A stretch of 64,000 bases of DNA, taken from assembly GCA_963792965.1 (NCBI GenBank), contig CAWBYW010000004.1, forward strand, positions 160,001 to 224,000. Reading direction: 5' to 3'. This document shows positions 1 to 8,669 of this stretch, piece after piece (position 1 is the first letter of the stretch; the number at the start of each line of letters is the position of its first letter). Source of the DNA: an uncultured delta proteobacterium. Lineage in GTDB: Bacteria; Desulfobacterota; Zymogenia; Zymogenales; Zymogenaceae. Made by a program: the position numbers and the translations under genes. The notes under the pieces are model-generated. The model was given only the letters and a program-made list of their open reading frames with translations. It did no database searches and was not told the origin of the DNA.

Positions 1-268
1 GGACCTTGGCGCCCATGCCGTTGAGGATATTGACCGCGTCCGCAAAATAGCTCCGGGGGAAGGGCCACCTGCCCAGCTCGTCAAGGGTCTTCTCATCGAT
101 GGCGATGATGACGATCTCGTTGCCGGGCGCGATTTTCCCCCGGAGGAGAAACCGGAAATCGAGGAGCTTATTCTCCATCACATTGATGAAGCCGAAGTCG
201 AACTTCCCCAGAGAGATGACGAGCATGGAGATCAGGAGGCCGATGATGATGCCGGTGACTTTCTTCAT
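1..268 (-). CDS. CHASE2-domain sensor protein, N-terminal part (runs off the window; partner domain, e.g. adenylate/guanylate cyclase, not visible)
   Basis: Manual translation from ATG 268: MKKVTGIIIGLLISMLVISLGKFDFGFINVMENKLLDFRFLLRG...EIVIIAIDEKTLDELGRWPFPRSYFADAV. An N-terminal TM helix is followed by the CHASE2 signature IVIxAIDExxLxxLGRWPxPR. Absent from the ORF track because it is truncated. Confidence 0.85.
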   Translation of the reverse strand, partial: MKKVTGIIIGLLISMLVISLGKFDFGFINVMENKLLDFRFLLRGKIAPGNEIVIIAIDEKTLDELGRWPFPRSYFADAVNILNGMGAKV

Positions 269-287
269 ACTGGTCCCTTATAAGCCT

Positions 288-1295
288 TTACACGGCGGTG
301 GACAGCGCCTTTAGATTTTTCATTTCCCCCAGCGCGATCAACACGTCATCCTCAAGGATAACCGACTGGGGCGGTGGGTTGAAGACCATCTTCTCGTTGG
401 GACGCGCGATGGCCACAATGATGGCGCCATACTTGTTCCTGATCTCCGAATCGATGATGGTCTTCCCGATAAGGGAGGAGCCGCGTTTTACCCTCAGCTC
501 TTCGATGGCAAGCTCGAGGTCTTTCTTGCCCACCGTGAGGTCCAGGAATTCGACGACCGCCGGCCGGAGGATAATATTGGCCATGCGACGGCCTCCGATC
601 GAGTAGGGGCAGACTACCTGATCGGCACCCGCGGCTTTCAGCCTCTTCTCCGCGATCTCATCGTGGGCCCTGCCGAGGACGAAGATGCCGGGCTTGAGCG
701 CTTTTGCGGAGATCGTGATGTAGACGTTATCGGCGGGAGATCCGACCGCGGTGACGAGTCCCTTGGCACGCATGATCCCGGCCGCCAGCAGCACTTCCTC
801 GTGAACCGAGTCTCCGAGGATCGCCGGGTAGCCCTTCTGCGCGATTTCCTCCACCTTTTCGGGTGAGGAGTCGACGATGACGAACGGTATCTTATGCTCA
901 TGGAGCTCATCGGCGATAACGGTGCCGATACGGCCGTAACCGCAAATGATGTAATGATCGGTGAGGCGATCCACGTCCCTCTTGGCGCGTTTTTTGTCCA
1001 TGAAGTCGCGTATCTCTCCTTCTATTAAGAAGCGGGCGAAAGCGGCGATGTTCACGCCGACGACGAGGACCCCCGATATGATGAGGGCGATGGTGAATAT
1101 GCGGCCGGCATTGCTCAGGGGATGGATCTCGCCGTATCCTACGGTGGTCAGTGTCGTCACGGTCATATAGAAAGAATCCAGCAGGTTCCAGCGCTCAATG
1201 ATTGCGTATCCGAGCGTGCCACAGAGCAGCACGATGAGCAGCAGTGACAGGCTCAGATAGAGCCGCCCTCCCGCGATGGCCTTCGTTCTCTCTAT
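288..1295 (-). CDS. Potassium channel, 2TM pore plus RCK (TrkA-N/TrkA-C) domains (MthK/Kch-like)
   Basis: K+ filter TTVGYG, Rossmann GYGRIG and a TrkA-C domain. The track start (1232) cuts TM1; the frame is open up to an ATA at 1295. Confidence 0.9.
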   Translation of the reverse strand: MERTKAIAGGRLYLSLSLLLIVLLCGTLGYAIIERWNLLDSFYMTVTTLTTVGYGEIHPLSNAGRIFTIALIISGVLVVGVNIAAFARFLIEGEIRDFMDKKRAKRDVDRLTDHYIICGYGRIGTVIADELHEHKIPFVIVDSSPEKVEEIAQKGYPAILGDSVHEEVLLAAGIMRAKGLVTAVGSPADNVYITISAKALKPGIFVLGRAHDEIAEKRLKAAGADQVVCPYSIGGRRMANIILRPAVVEFLDLTVGKKDLELAIEELRVKRGSSLIGKTIIDSEIRNKYGAIIVAIARPNEKMVFNPPPQSVILEDDVLIALGEMKNLKALSTAV

Positions 1296-2617
1296 AGCTT
1301 CACCCCGTATTTCTTAAGGATTTCGGGTGTGAGCGCGTTCTTCTTGGCGATCTCGGCAAACATCTTGCCGGACCGCTTGATCGTCCGTTTCTGCGTCTTG
1401 AAGTCTACGTGAATCATCCCGAACCGCATCGAGTAGCCGTTGGCCCACTCGAAGTTGTCCAGGCTCGACCAGAAGAGGTATCCCCGCACGTCCAGACCGT
1501 CGGCGATCGCCTTTCCGACCTCGGCGATATGGGCCGCCATATATTCCCTGCGGTACGCGTCGTCCTTCTCGCTCTCTTTAAACTTGGTGGCGACTCCGTT
1601 CTCCGAGACGTAGAGGGGGACCCCATATTTTGAGATGATCGACAGTAGGCGGTAAATGCCGTGAGGGTAGTACTCGCCCTCGTCGAAGTGGCTCGTCTTC
1701 TGGCCCGGCGCCGGCGGCATTGTTTTGCCGAAAAGAGATGCCACGGAGAGAAGGGAAAACTTTACATGGTCACGGGCATAGTAGTTCAGGCCGATGAAGT
1801 CGCAGCTTCCCTTTACCTTCCCCTTTTCCTTCGGGTCGACCTTGATGTTTCCCGAGGTCCGGCCCGTGAAAAGGGCGTCCATGAAGTCCATGTTGAAGGC
1901 CCGGTGCTGGTTGCCGGCGACCTTCATGTCCATTTTGTTCCCTTCGCGGAATGGATCGAAAATGCGCATGTGCTTGGCGAACCCCACCTTGGCCCTGGGG
2001 TCGATCTTCTTTATGGCGTGGTAAGCCTCGACGTGCGCCTTGAACATGTGATTGGCAACACGGAAGCCCTTGATCGGGTTCTTCACGCCGGGCGCATCCT
2101 CGCCGGTCATGTAGGCCAGGAAGGCATAAACCATCGGCTCATTTATCGTCATCCAGAAGGTGACGTCCTTCTTGAAAGCGGAGGCGACGACACGGGTAAA
2201 GTCGACGAATCGTTTTATACACTCAGGGTTTGCCCAGCCACCCTCCGCGGCCATCCAGAGAGGAGTGGAGAAGTGGTGGAGCGTGACGATCGGCGTGATC
2301 TTGAGTTTCTTGAGCTCCTTAATGACCTGACCGTAATGGAAAAGCTCCGCGTCGGAAAAGTATCCTTTGGCGGGCTCGACGCGGCTCCATTCGATCGAGA
2401 GCCGGTGGGCGTTGTGTCCGAGGCTCTTGAGGAGCTTGAAGTCTTCGCCGTAGCGATTGTAGTGATCGCAGGCGTCGCCGGAAATGCTGCCGTCGATGAT
2501 CTTGCCGGGCTTCTGCTCGAAGGCCCACCAGTCATTGTTGAAATTTCCGCCCTCCACCTGGTGAGAAGAGGTCGCCGCCCCCCAGAGAAATCCTTTGGGA
2601 AATGCAATCTTTTCCAT
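1292..2617 (-). CDS. Glycoside hydrolase family 1 (beta-glucosidase)
   Basis: FPKGFLWGAATSSHQVEG, acid/base TINEP, nucleophile YVSENG and DNFEW motifs. Confidence 0.95.
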   Translation of the reverse strand: MEKIAFPKGFLWGAATSSHQVEGGNFNNDWWAFEQKPGKIIDGSISGDACDHYNRYGEDFKLLKSLGHNAHRLSIEWSRVEPAKGYFSDAELFHYGQVIKELKKLKITPIVTLHHFSTPLWMAAEGGWANPECIKRFVDFTRVVASAFKKDVTFWMTINEPMVYAFLAYMTGEDAPGVKNPIKGFRVANHMFKAHVEAYHAIKKIDPRAKVGFAKHMRIFDPFREGNKMDMKVAGNQHRAFNMDFMDALFTGRTSGNIKVDPKEKGKVKGSCDFIGLNYYARDHVKFSLLSVASLFGKTMPPAPGQKTSHFDEGEYYPHGIYRLLSIISKYGVPLYVSENGVATKFKESEKDDAYRREYMAAHIAEVGKAIADGLDVRGYLFWSSLDNFEWANGYSMRFGMIHVDFKTQKRTIKRSGKMFAEIAKKNALTPEILKKYGVKL

Positions 2618-2641
2618 GCTCACCTCGCTATTTTTTTTATT

Positions 2642-2670
2642 ATTGTATCGGCTACGTGAAAAATATTCAA
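2642..2670 (-). promoter_or_regulatory. Sigma70-type promoter for the GH1 operon
   Basis: Minus strand TTGAAT-17 nt-TACAAT, about 25 nt upstream of the GH1 start. Confidence 0.55.
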
Positions 2671-2787
2671 GGAAATAATCGATTGTGTGAGCGTCACGTT
2701 ACGGTGTTCATTGTCAGGGGAGGGGACGATCGGTGAGGGTATAATTTATGGAGGGCTCGGCACAGAGACGGGAAGACACGCAGGGAG

Positions 2788-2987
2788 CTTCCTCTTCCTT
2801 TGATTTGGTAGCCGCACGAATCGGACGAAGCCTTTGTGGCTCGGAAGCGGCGTCCATAAAGGTGACTACCAAGGAGCGGGACCCCGGGTGCGGTGGGGTC
2901 TTCGAGGAGACTCACTCCCTTTGCGACGGGAGGCAGCAACACCGCACGACACATAACCAACGGCTATGTCATCCACGGAGGAGGAGG
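2788..2987 (+). ncRNA. Candidate structured ncRNA of unknown family
   Basis: Nested inverted repeats: 2788-2798/2977-2987, 2805-2811/2866-2872, 2823-2827/2851-2855, 2888-2895/2940-2947, 2896-2902/2907-2913, 2915-2919/2928-2932, 2951-2955/2965-2969. TATAAT at 2740-2745. Strand is uncertain. Confidence 0.45.
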
Positions 2988-3013
2988 GGACCGGAGACGG
3001 CGCGTATGCCCCT

Positions 3014-4726
3014 TTACTTCGCCCCCGCTCTTGTGACACGGGCCAGCACCATCGGCGTTATGGTTTTTTCTCTCGTCTTTTTGAAGAAAAATTTTCCCGT
3101 GGGGAGCGAGGTATGGAAATAGCCCCGGGTTGAGACGATCTCCACCGTGTATCCCGCCTTTTCGAGCGTGTCCACGTTCACCTTCGGGGCGATCACATAT
3201 GCCGCCCCCCCCGATTTCGTCGCCCTCTCGAAGTCCGACAGGTCCGTCAGGGGAACTTTAACGGCGTGCCTCCCGCTGTAGAAGAGAAACGAGGACATGT
3301 AATTCTTACCCACGAAGTAGACGACCTTATCGGTGACGTTGACGCGCTGGAGATCGGCCGCAAATCCCTTGTACGGCTGATAGACCAGCATCGACGGGGA
3401 GATGTGAAGGACGATCAAGAGGTGGACAAGCCCCACCGTCAACGCGAGCGCCGCCAAGAGGCCCGCCCGCGCTTTCCGCATGAGCGATACGAGGCCCAGC
3501 ACACAGAGTCCGGCAAGGGCGGCGCCGACGATGACGTACTGGATGATTCCATCCAAGGGGAACATCAGCGTGACGATGAGCAAGATGCCCGCGCAGAGGA
3601 TCAGCGTGAGGATAAACGTGTAGATTGAGAAACCCCGCGCCCCACGCTCGGAGACTTCGCCGCCGAGGTATTTTGTGATGAACCTCCCCGCGATCAGCGC
3701 CGCCGCGGGCAGCACGAAGAAGACATACTGAGGAAGTTTTGTCCTCGAGAACGACATTAGGACGATCGGGGCGATAAGCCAGATCGTCACGAATCCCGGC
3801 GCGGGGTCGCCCGGGTCGATCTTGTTGAGGCTGAAACGGGCCTTCCTGAATGCGCTGAAGTCGCGCGCCAACATCCAGACCATCGCCACGACCCACGGCA
3901 GAAAGAGCCAGAGGAAGGTGTGGAAATAGAAGAAGGGATCGGACTTCCCGGCGTAATTGGTGGTGGCGAATCGCTTGAAATTCTGTACGACAAAAAGTGT
4001 ATAGAGGTACTGACTGCCGTGCGCCTTGTACATGGCCCAGTACCAGGGGAAAAGCACGAGGGCAACGATCAGGATCCCCCAGGGGAGTCCGAGCTTCCAG
4101 ATCAAATTCCATCTTTGGGTCATGAGGATGAAGACGCCTACCACAAGCATCGGGACCACCAGACCGATGGGCCCTTTGGTCAGGAAGGCGAGGGCGGCGC
4201 CGATATAGGCGATGACGAGGTAGTATTTCTTGGGCTCATAGAGGTGGCTGATGATACCGTACATTGCCACCGTGATGAAGACCAACAGCGTCATGTCCAG
4301 GCGGGAATCCCTCACCATGAGGTGATACGCGGGGGCCGTTACAAGGGTCAAGGCCGCCGCGATTCCCACCTCCTTTCCGACGATTCGCTTGCCGATGAGA
4401 TAGGTGAGAAAAAGCCCCACGAGGGCCAGCAGCGCATTGGGGAGCCGGGCGGCGATGGGTTTTACCCCCCCGAGCTTCTCGGACGCGGCCATGAGCCAGA
4501 CCCCGAGGGGGGGATGCTGGTCAAACGGGGCCCCGTCGAGGGTCGGGTCGATCCAGTTGCCCGAGAGGACCATTTCATGGGCGATCTCGGCGTAGGCGGC
4601 CTCATCGACATCCTGGATATCAGCCTTTCCGAGTCCCCAGAAGTAGGGGATGATCGAAACCAGGAGCACGAGGACAAGAAGAGGGTACGGGGATACGAGT
4701 CTTTTATCAGGGGAAGATGTGTGCAT
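3014..4726 (-). CDS. ArnT/PMT-family (GT83/GT39-like) polyprenyl-phosphate-sugar glycosyltransferase
   Basis: DVDEAAYAEIAHEM, HPPL..W, AARLP, LTKGP and SRTKLPQY motifs; about 12-13 TM helices. Confidence 0.9.
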   Translation of the reverse strand: MHTSSPDKRLVSPYPLLVLVLLVSIIPYFWGLGKADIQDVDEAAYAEIAHEMVLSGNWIDPTLDGAPFDQHPPLGVWLMAASEKLGGVKPIAARLPNALLALVGLFLTYLIGKRIVGKEVGIAAALTLVTAPAYHLMVRDSRLDMTLLVFITVAMYGIISHLYEPKKYYLVIAYIGAALAFLTKGPIGLVVPMLVVGVFILMTQRWNLIWKLGLPWGILIVALVLFPWYWAMYKAHGSQYLYTLFVVQNFKRFATTNYAGKSDPFFYFHTFLWLFLPWVVAMVWMLARDFSAFRKARFSLNKIDPGDPAPGFVTIWLIAPIVLMSFSRTKLPQYVFFVLPAAALIAGRFITKYLGGEVSERGARGFSIYTFILTLILCAGILLIVTLMFPLDGIIQYVIVGAALAGLCVLGLVSLMRKARAGLLAALALTVGLVHLLIVLHISPSMLVYQPYKGFAADLQRVNVTDKVVYFVGKNYMSSFLFYSGRHAVKVPLTDLSDFERATKSGGAAYVIAPKVNVDTLEKAGYTVEIVSTRGYFHTSLPTGKFFFKKTREKTITPMVLARVTRAGAK

Positions 4727-4799
4727 AGGTCAGATTCCTCGGTCATGTGGTAATATACGGGAGACAGGGCCCGGCACTTCTGTCGGCCCCCGCCTAAAG

Positions 4800-4829
4800 A
4801 TTATAGGGGAAGGGGCGTGAAGATGTCAA
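4800..4829 (-). promoter_or_regulatory. Sigma70 promoter for the ArnT-like gene
   Basis: Minus strand TTGACA-18 nt-TATAAT. Confidence 0.65.
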
Positions 4830-4982
4830 CTCCTTTTCAGCCCCGAGCGACGGCTGGAAGGACTGTACCCGTCGGCTCGACGGCGCGCGACAGTTTCGCC
4901 GGCACTTTTGGTCTTGATTTATCCGATATTATCGGGTAGGGTAGAGGGGTACGGATCGCTGTGTGTGGTGGGAGGTCGAGCC

Positions 4983-5393
4983 ATGAAGAACTTTGTGAAC
5001 CTCTTTGTGAAGGACGCGATGACCGTCCGCGTGGTGACCGTGACGCCGGATATGAAGGTCAAAGAGGTGGAGGCCCTCTTCGAGAAGCACGATTACTATT
5101 CCTTTCCGGTCGTAGAAAACGACCGCCTCGCAGGAATCGTCACCAAGCTCGATTTCCTCAAGCACTTCATTTTCACGCCGAGGTCCATCATCCCGCGCTA
5201 TGAAGAGCTTCTCGAGGACAGGATCGGCGACATCATGAACATAAAGGTTTTCACGGTATCCACCGACACCCCGCTCACGAGGGTGCTGGAGCTGATGGTG
5301 GAGACGCGCATCAGGAGCTTCCCGGTCGTAGACGCGGAAAACAAACTCCTGGGCATCATCTCGCGCCAGGACATCATGAAGATGCTGAAGTAA
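4983..5393 (+). CDS. Stand-alone CBS-pair (Bateman) protein
   Basis: Two CBS repeats (VKDAMT..V.TV..D..V..FPVV..L.GIVT..D). GGAGG SD before ATG 4983. Confidence 0.9.
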   Translation: MKNFVNLFVKDAMTVRVVTVTPDMKVKEVEALFEKHDYYSFPVVENDRLAGIVTKLDFLKHFIFTPRSIIPRYEELLEDRIGDIMNIKVFTVSTDTPLTRVLELMVETRIRSFPVVDAENKLLGIISRQDIMKMLK

Positions 5394-5626
5394 GATCTGG
5401 TCTCTCCCCGTAACACATAAAAGAAGCCGTCCGAGGAACAGTGAGTCGAAATCTTATAATTCTGTGCTGCCGGCCTCACGTCGTGATACGGTGACCGTAC
5501 AGGCGCCGCACGAGTAGCAAACCGCGTTTTCATATCAAAGTAGTCATCGGAGCTTCAAGGCAGTGGAGGGGGAAACCCTGACTCCCTTCCTTTAAAATCC
5601 ATTAAACGAAACTCCCGCACATCTCT

Positions 5627-7264
5627 TTATTCCGACACCGGTTTTCTGTGCCGTCCCTTCTGTTCGTACATCGCGCTGTCCGCCCGATGAATGATATCCG
5701 TTACGTCAAGTTCTTCTTCCAACGACGCAATCCCAATGCTGATATCGATGCCCTGGATCTTTCTGATCACCTCGCTCCTGATACGGTCCGCGACCGCCCT
5801 GGCACCCTGTTCGGGAATCGAGGGGAGGATCACCGCAAACTCGTCTCCCCCGTACCGGAAGGCGGTGTCCATATCTTCGCGGATGCAGCTTCTCGCGATG
5901 GCCCCGACCTCTTTCAACACGTCGTTACCGGCCAGGTGGCCGTACGTGTCGTTATATGACTTGAAGCTATCGAGGTCAAAGAGGATGATGCAGAGCGGGT
6001 ACGCCATCCGCCGGGCGCGCTTTGCCTCTTCGTCGATCCTCCGGTAGAAATGGCGCTGGTTGAAGAGGCCCGTGAGGTCGTCGGTGATGGAAAGCCTCTT
6101 GAGCTCCTCCTCGAATTTCTTACGCTCGGTGATGTCGCGCGCGATACCACGAAAACCGATCGGCTTTCCGAGCGGATCGGTGATCAGCGAAACTGAAACG
6201 CCGACGAATACCCGGCTCCCGTTTTGTCGGATCAGCTCCCAATCCAGCGCCCTTCCCGGTCTTCCCGTCAAATAGACATCGTGAAAGGTCTCAAAGACTC
6301 TCCCGGCGGCCTCGCTGTCCATATAGACACGGTTGTTCATCCCAACCATCTGTTCCCTCGGGTAGCCGAGGATTGAGACCATCGAATCGTTGAAAAAGGT
6401 GAAGTTGCCGGCCAGGTCCACCTCGTAGTATCCCTCCTCTATGTTCTCAATGATCGTCCGGTATTTCAGCTCGGATTCCCGGAGGGCGTCCTCGGCCTCC
6501 TTGCGGTCGGTGATGTCGCGTGCGATCGCCTGAAACCCGACGATTCTATCTCTATCCCTGATCAACTGAACGTTCTGGCCGAGCCAGACGATGCCGCCGC
6601 TTTTGGTAAGGATCGGCGTTTCAAGATAGGTATCGGAAACCCCCTTTACAAATTGTATTCCAAAGAACCGCTGAGCCTTCCTCCTGAAATCCGGGTGGAT
6701 GATATCGAGGTAGTGTTTTGCCATGATCTCCTGTTCGGAGTAGCCGGTGAGCCTGACAGCCATGGCGTTGAAGAGGATGAAACGGCCGTTGGTGTCGGCC
6801 TGATAAATGACGTCGTTTGCCTTGTTCACCAAGAGGCGGTATCGCTGCTCACTTTCGGTCAGCTTCCGTTCGGCTTCTTTTCGCTGGGTGACGTTTCTTC
6901 CGACTCCGTGGACTTCCACGACTCGACGGTCCTTCCATATCAGTTTCTCCCGAGTCTCGATGATCAAAGTTCCACCGCCTTTCTTCGTGATGCTGAGCTC
7001 AAAGACCCCGATCTCCTCTCCGGCCAGCTGCCTCCTGAAAATTTCCTCGGTGGCTGCATACGATTCGGGGGCGATCATGTCCCTGAAGTTTTTCTCGATG
7101 AGCTCTTCCCTCCTATAGCCCGACGCCTTCTCAAGCGCCGCATTAAGAAACAATATCCTACCCCGACCGTCCATGATATAGATGATATCCTCGACGTTTT
7201 CGAGGAAATCCCTGTATCGTTTTGTGGACTCTTCCAGGGCTTTCTTTGTTACTTCTTTTCCCAC
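5627..7264 (-). CDS. Diguanylate cyclase with three PAS domains
   Basis: Three PAS/PAC repeats ending R(D/N)(I/V)T.RK, then DDLTGLFN, DLDSFKSYNDTYGH and RYGGDEF. Confidence 0.95.
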   Translation of the reverse strand: MGKEVTKKALEESTKRYRDFLENVEDIIYIMDGRGRILFLNAALEKASGYRREELIEKNFRDMIAPESYAATEEIFRRQLAGEEIGVFELSITKKGGGTLIIETREKLIWKDRRVVEVHGVGRNVTQRKEAERKLTESEQRYRLLVNKANDVIYQADTNGRFILFNAMAVRLTGYSEQEIMAKHYLDIIHPDFRRKAQRFFGIQFVKGVSDTYLETPILTKSGGIVWLGQNVQLIRDRDRIVGFQAIARDITDRKEAEDALRESELKYRTIIENIEEGYYEVDLAGNFTFFNDSMVSILGYPREQMVGMNNRVYMDSEAAGRVFETFHDVYLTGRPGRALDWELIRQNGSRVFVGVSVSLITDPLGKPIGFRGIARDITERKKFEEELKRLSITDDLTGLFNQRHFYRRIDEEAKRARRMAYPLCIILFDLDSFKSYNDTYGHLAGNDVLKEVGAIARSCIREDMDTAFRYGGDEFAVILPSIPEQGARAVADRIRSEVIRKIQGIDISIGIASLEEELDVTDIIHRADSAMYEQKGRHRKPVSE

Positions 7265-7549
7265 AATAACCCTTCTCTCACATCCTCACGACGGGGTGAA
7301 TGGCGAGCGCTGTTCTCTATAAGAGAGATCATTCGTGACCCGCCAAAATATAAAATGGGGCCGAAGCCCCTTGCATGGTTCTTGCGCGGATACGTGACAC
7401 CTTATCACGGTTGAAACGATCGTTTCGGGAGCGTCGGATCTGGTAATAGAAGAGCGACTACTGTACACGTTAAGAAGGCTCCGAAGCGAGAACGCCGGAG
7501 GATACTATAGATAAGGTAGTATCACGGGTACGCTTATACTATATATGAA

Positions 7550-7687
7550 AGCACATTGTGTGCCATCGCGCGATATATCGACGAGGTTGATCCACCATAG
7601 ACAACATATTGTAATTATACATATTATTCAGACGCGGGGAAGGATTATTTGTTGCATTATTCTTCATTAGTACGGCAATATTTTGCA
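7550..7687 (-). promoter_or_regulatory. Sigma54 (-24/-12) promoter with a putative IHF site and paired enhancer sites, upstream of the DGC
   Basis: Minus strand TGGCACACAATGTGCT (GG-N10-GC) at 7550-7565. AT-rich IHF-like tract near 7600-7628. Two related 17-mers at 7650-7666 and 7671-7687. Confidence 0.6.
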
Positions 7688-7853
7688 CTTATGCTCTATT
7701 TTTTGTTTTTTTCTAAATAAATGGACGATCTTTATCTAAAATTTCCTCTATGCTCATGTGAGCTACGGTGCGCCTCATCTTTCCCGAGTCTTGCCCGCCT
7801 TCCGGAGTCGGCGGCGACCGCACCGTGAAATCTCGACGTTTAGATTTTTTCCC

Positions 7854-7900
7854 TTGACACGGCGCTCACGCGAGAGTATAAGCGAATGAACGTTCGTTCG
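7854..7900 (+). promoter_or_regulatory. Sigma70 promoter and TetR operator of the tetR-prpE operon
   Basis: TTGACA(7854)-17 nt-TATAAG(7877), followed directly by the near-palindrome CGAATGAAC/GTTCGTTCG (7883-7900). Confidence 0.75.
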
Positions 7901-8040
7901 GGACGGGCGGTCCGACGCGGCCCGATCTTGTCGCTTCTCCGGCTCTCCATTTTTCCCGCGTCCGACGGATCGGGGCTCACACGGGGCCGAGCGGCCGTGT
8001 CTGCTGTGGCGTATCGCTTACTCCCGGCTAAAGGAATCCC

Positions 8041-8649
8041 ATGTCGCGGGTGCAGTCAAGGGTTAAGGATAAGGAGCTTGTCGACGAAAAGAGACGCGCG
8101 ATCGTCGAGGGCGCCATCTCCGTTTTCAAGGAAAAAGGCTACTGGAAGGCCACGGTGCGCGAGATCGCCCAGGCGGCTCACCTCGGCACCGGGAGCATCT
8201 ACGACTACGTCAAGTCCAAGGACGACATCCTCTACCTCTTCTACGAAAATTACATGAACCGCTTCTACGAGAAAGTCAAGGGGGCGGGCATCAAGACGGA
8301 CGACCCGAGACGGGCCCTGGCCACGGCGTACCGCTCACTGGTCGAGGTCTGTTTTGAGCTCGAGGATCAGGTCATCCTCGCCTACACCCAGGCCATGTAT
8401 ATGAAGAAGCGATACCTCAGAGACATCCTGGCCCGTGAGGCCGAGATTGTGGACATATTCAGGGGAATCCTGAACCGGTGCGGGCTGTCGGATCATGAGG
8501 CGCGGCTTTCGGCAAACTACCTGGTCTATTCAGCCGTCTTCGGGGTCTTGAGACGCTGGAATCTCAGGAAAGACTTCACCCAGGCCGAGCTGATCGAATT
8601 TCTCACGAAAGAAAATCTGAAGCGTTTTAATGCTATTAAAGAGATATAG
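8041..8649 (+). CDS. TetR/AcrR-family transcriptional regulator
   Basis: HTH motif IVEGAISVFKEKGY..ATVREIAQAA.LGTGSIYDYVKSKDDIL. Confidence 0.92.
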   Translation: MSRVQSRVKDKELVDEKRRAIVEGAISVFKEKGYWKATVREIAQAAHLGTGSIYDYVKSKDDILYLFYENYMNRFYEKVKGAGIKTDDPRRALATAYRSLVEVCFELEDQVILAYTQAMYMKKRYLRDILAREAEIVDIFRGILNRCGLSDHEARLSANYLVYSAVFGVLRRWNLRKDFTQAELIEFLTKENLKRFNAIKEI

Positions 8650-8669
8650 TTTATTAAGAGGAGGATTTC

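Noticed and set aside
2788-2987. Identification of the structured element as 6S, SRP or a known riboswitch
   Set aside because: Only short chance-level resemblances (e.g. GATTTGGTAGCC). It is branched rather than rod-like and lacks the SRP GGAA/AGCAG motif and aptamer consensus sequences.
2748-3122. 124-aa plus-strand ORF across the structured intergenic region
   Set aside because: No SD, no recognisable motifs, and it overlaps the ArnT 3' end antisense. The region is better explained as RNA structure.
7470-7760. AT-rich stretch as a possible oriC or foreign DNA
   Set aside because: No convincing TTATCCACA DnaA-box cluster and no dnaA or mobility genes. Explained by the sigma54/IHF/UAS layout.
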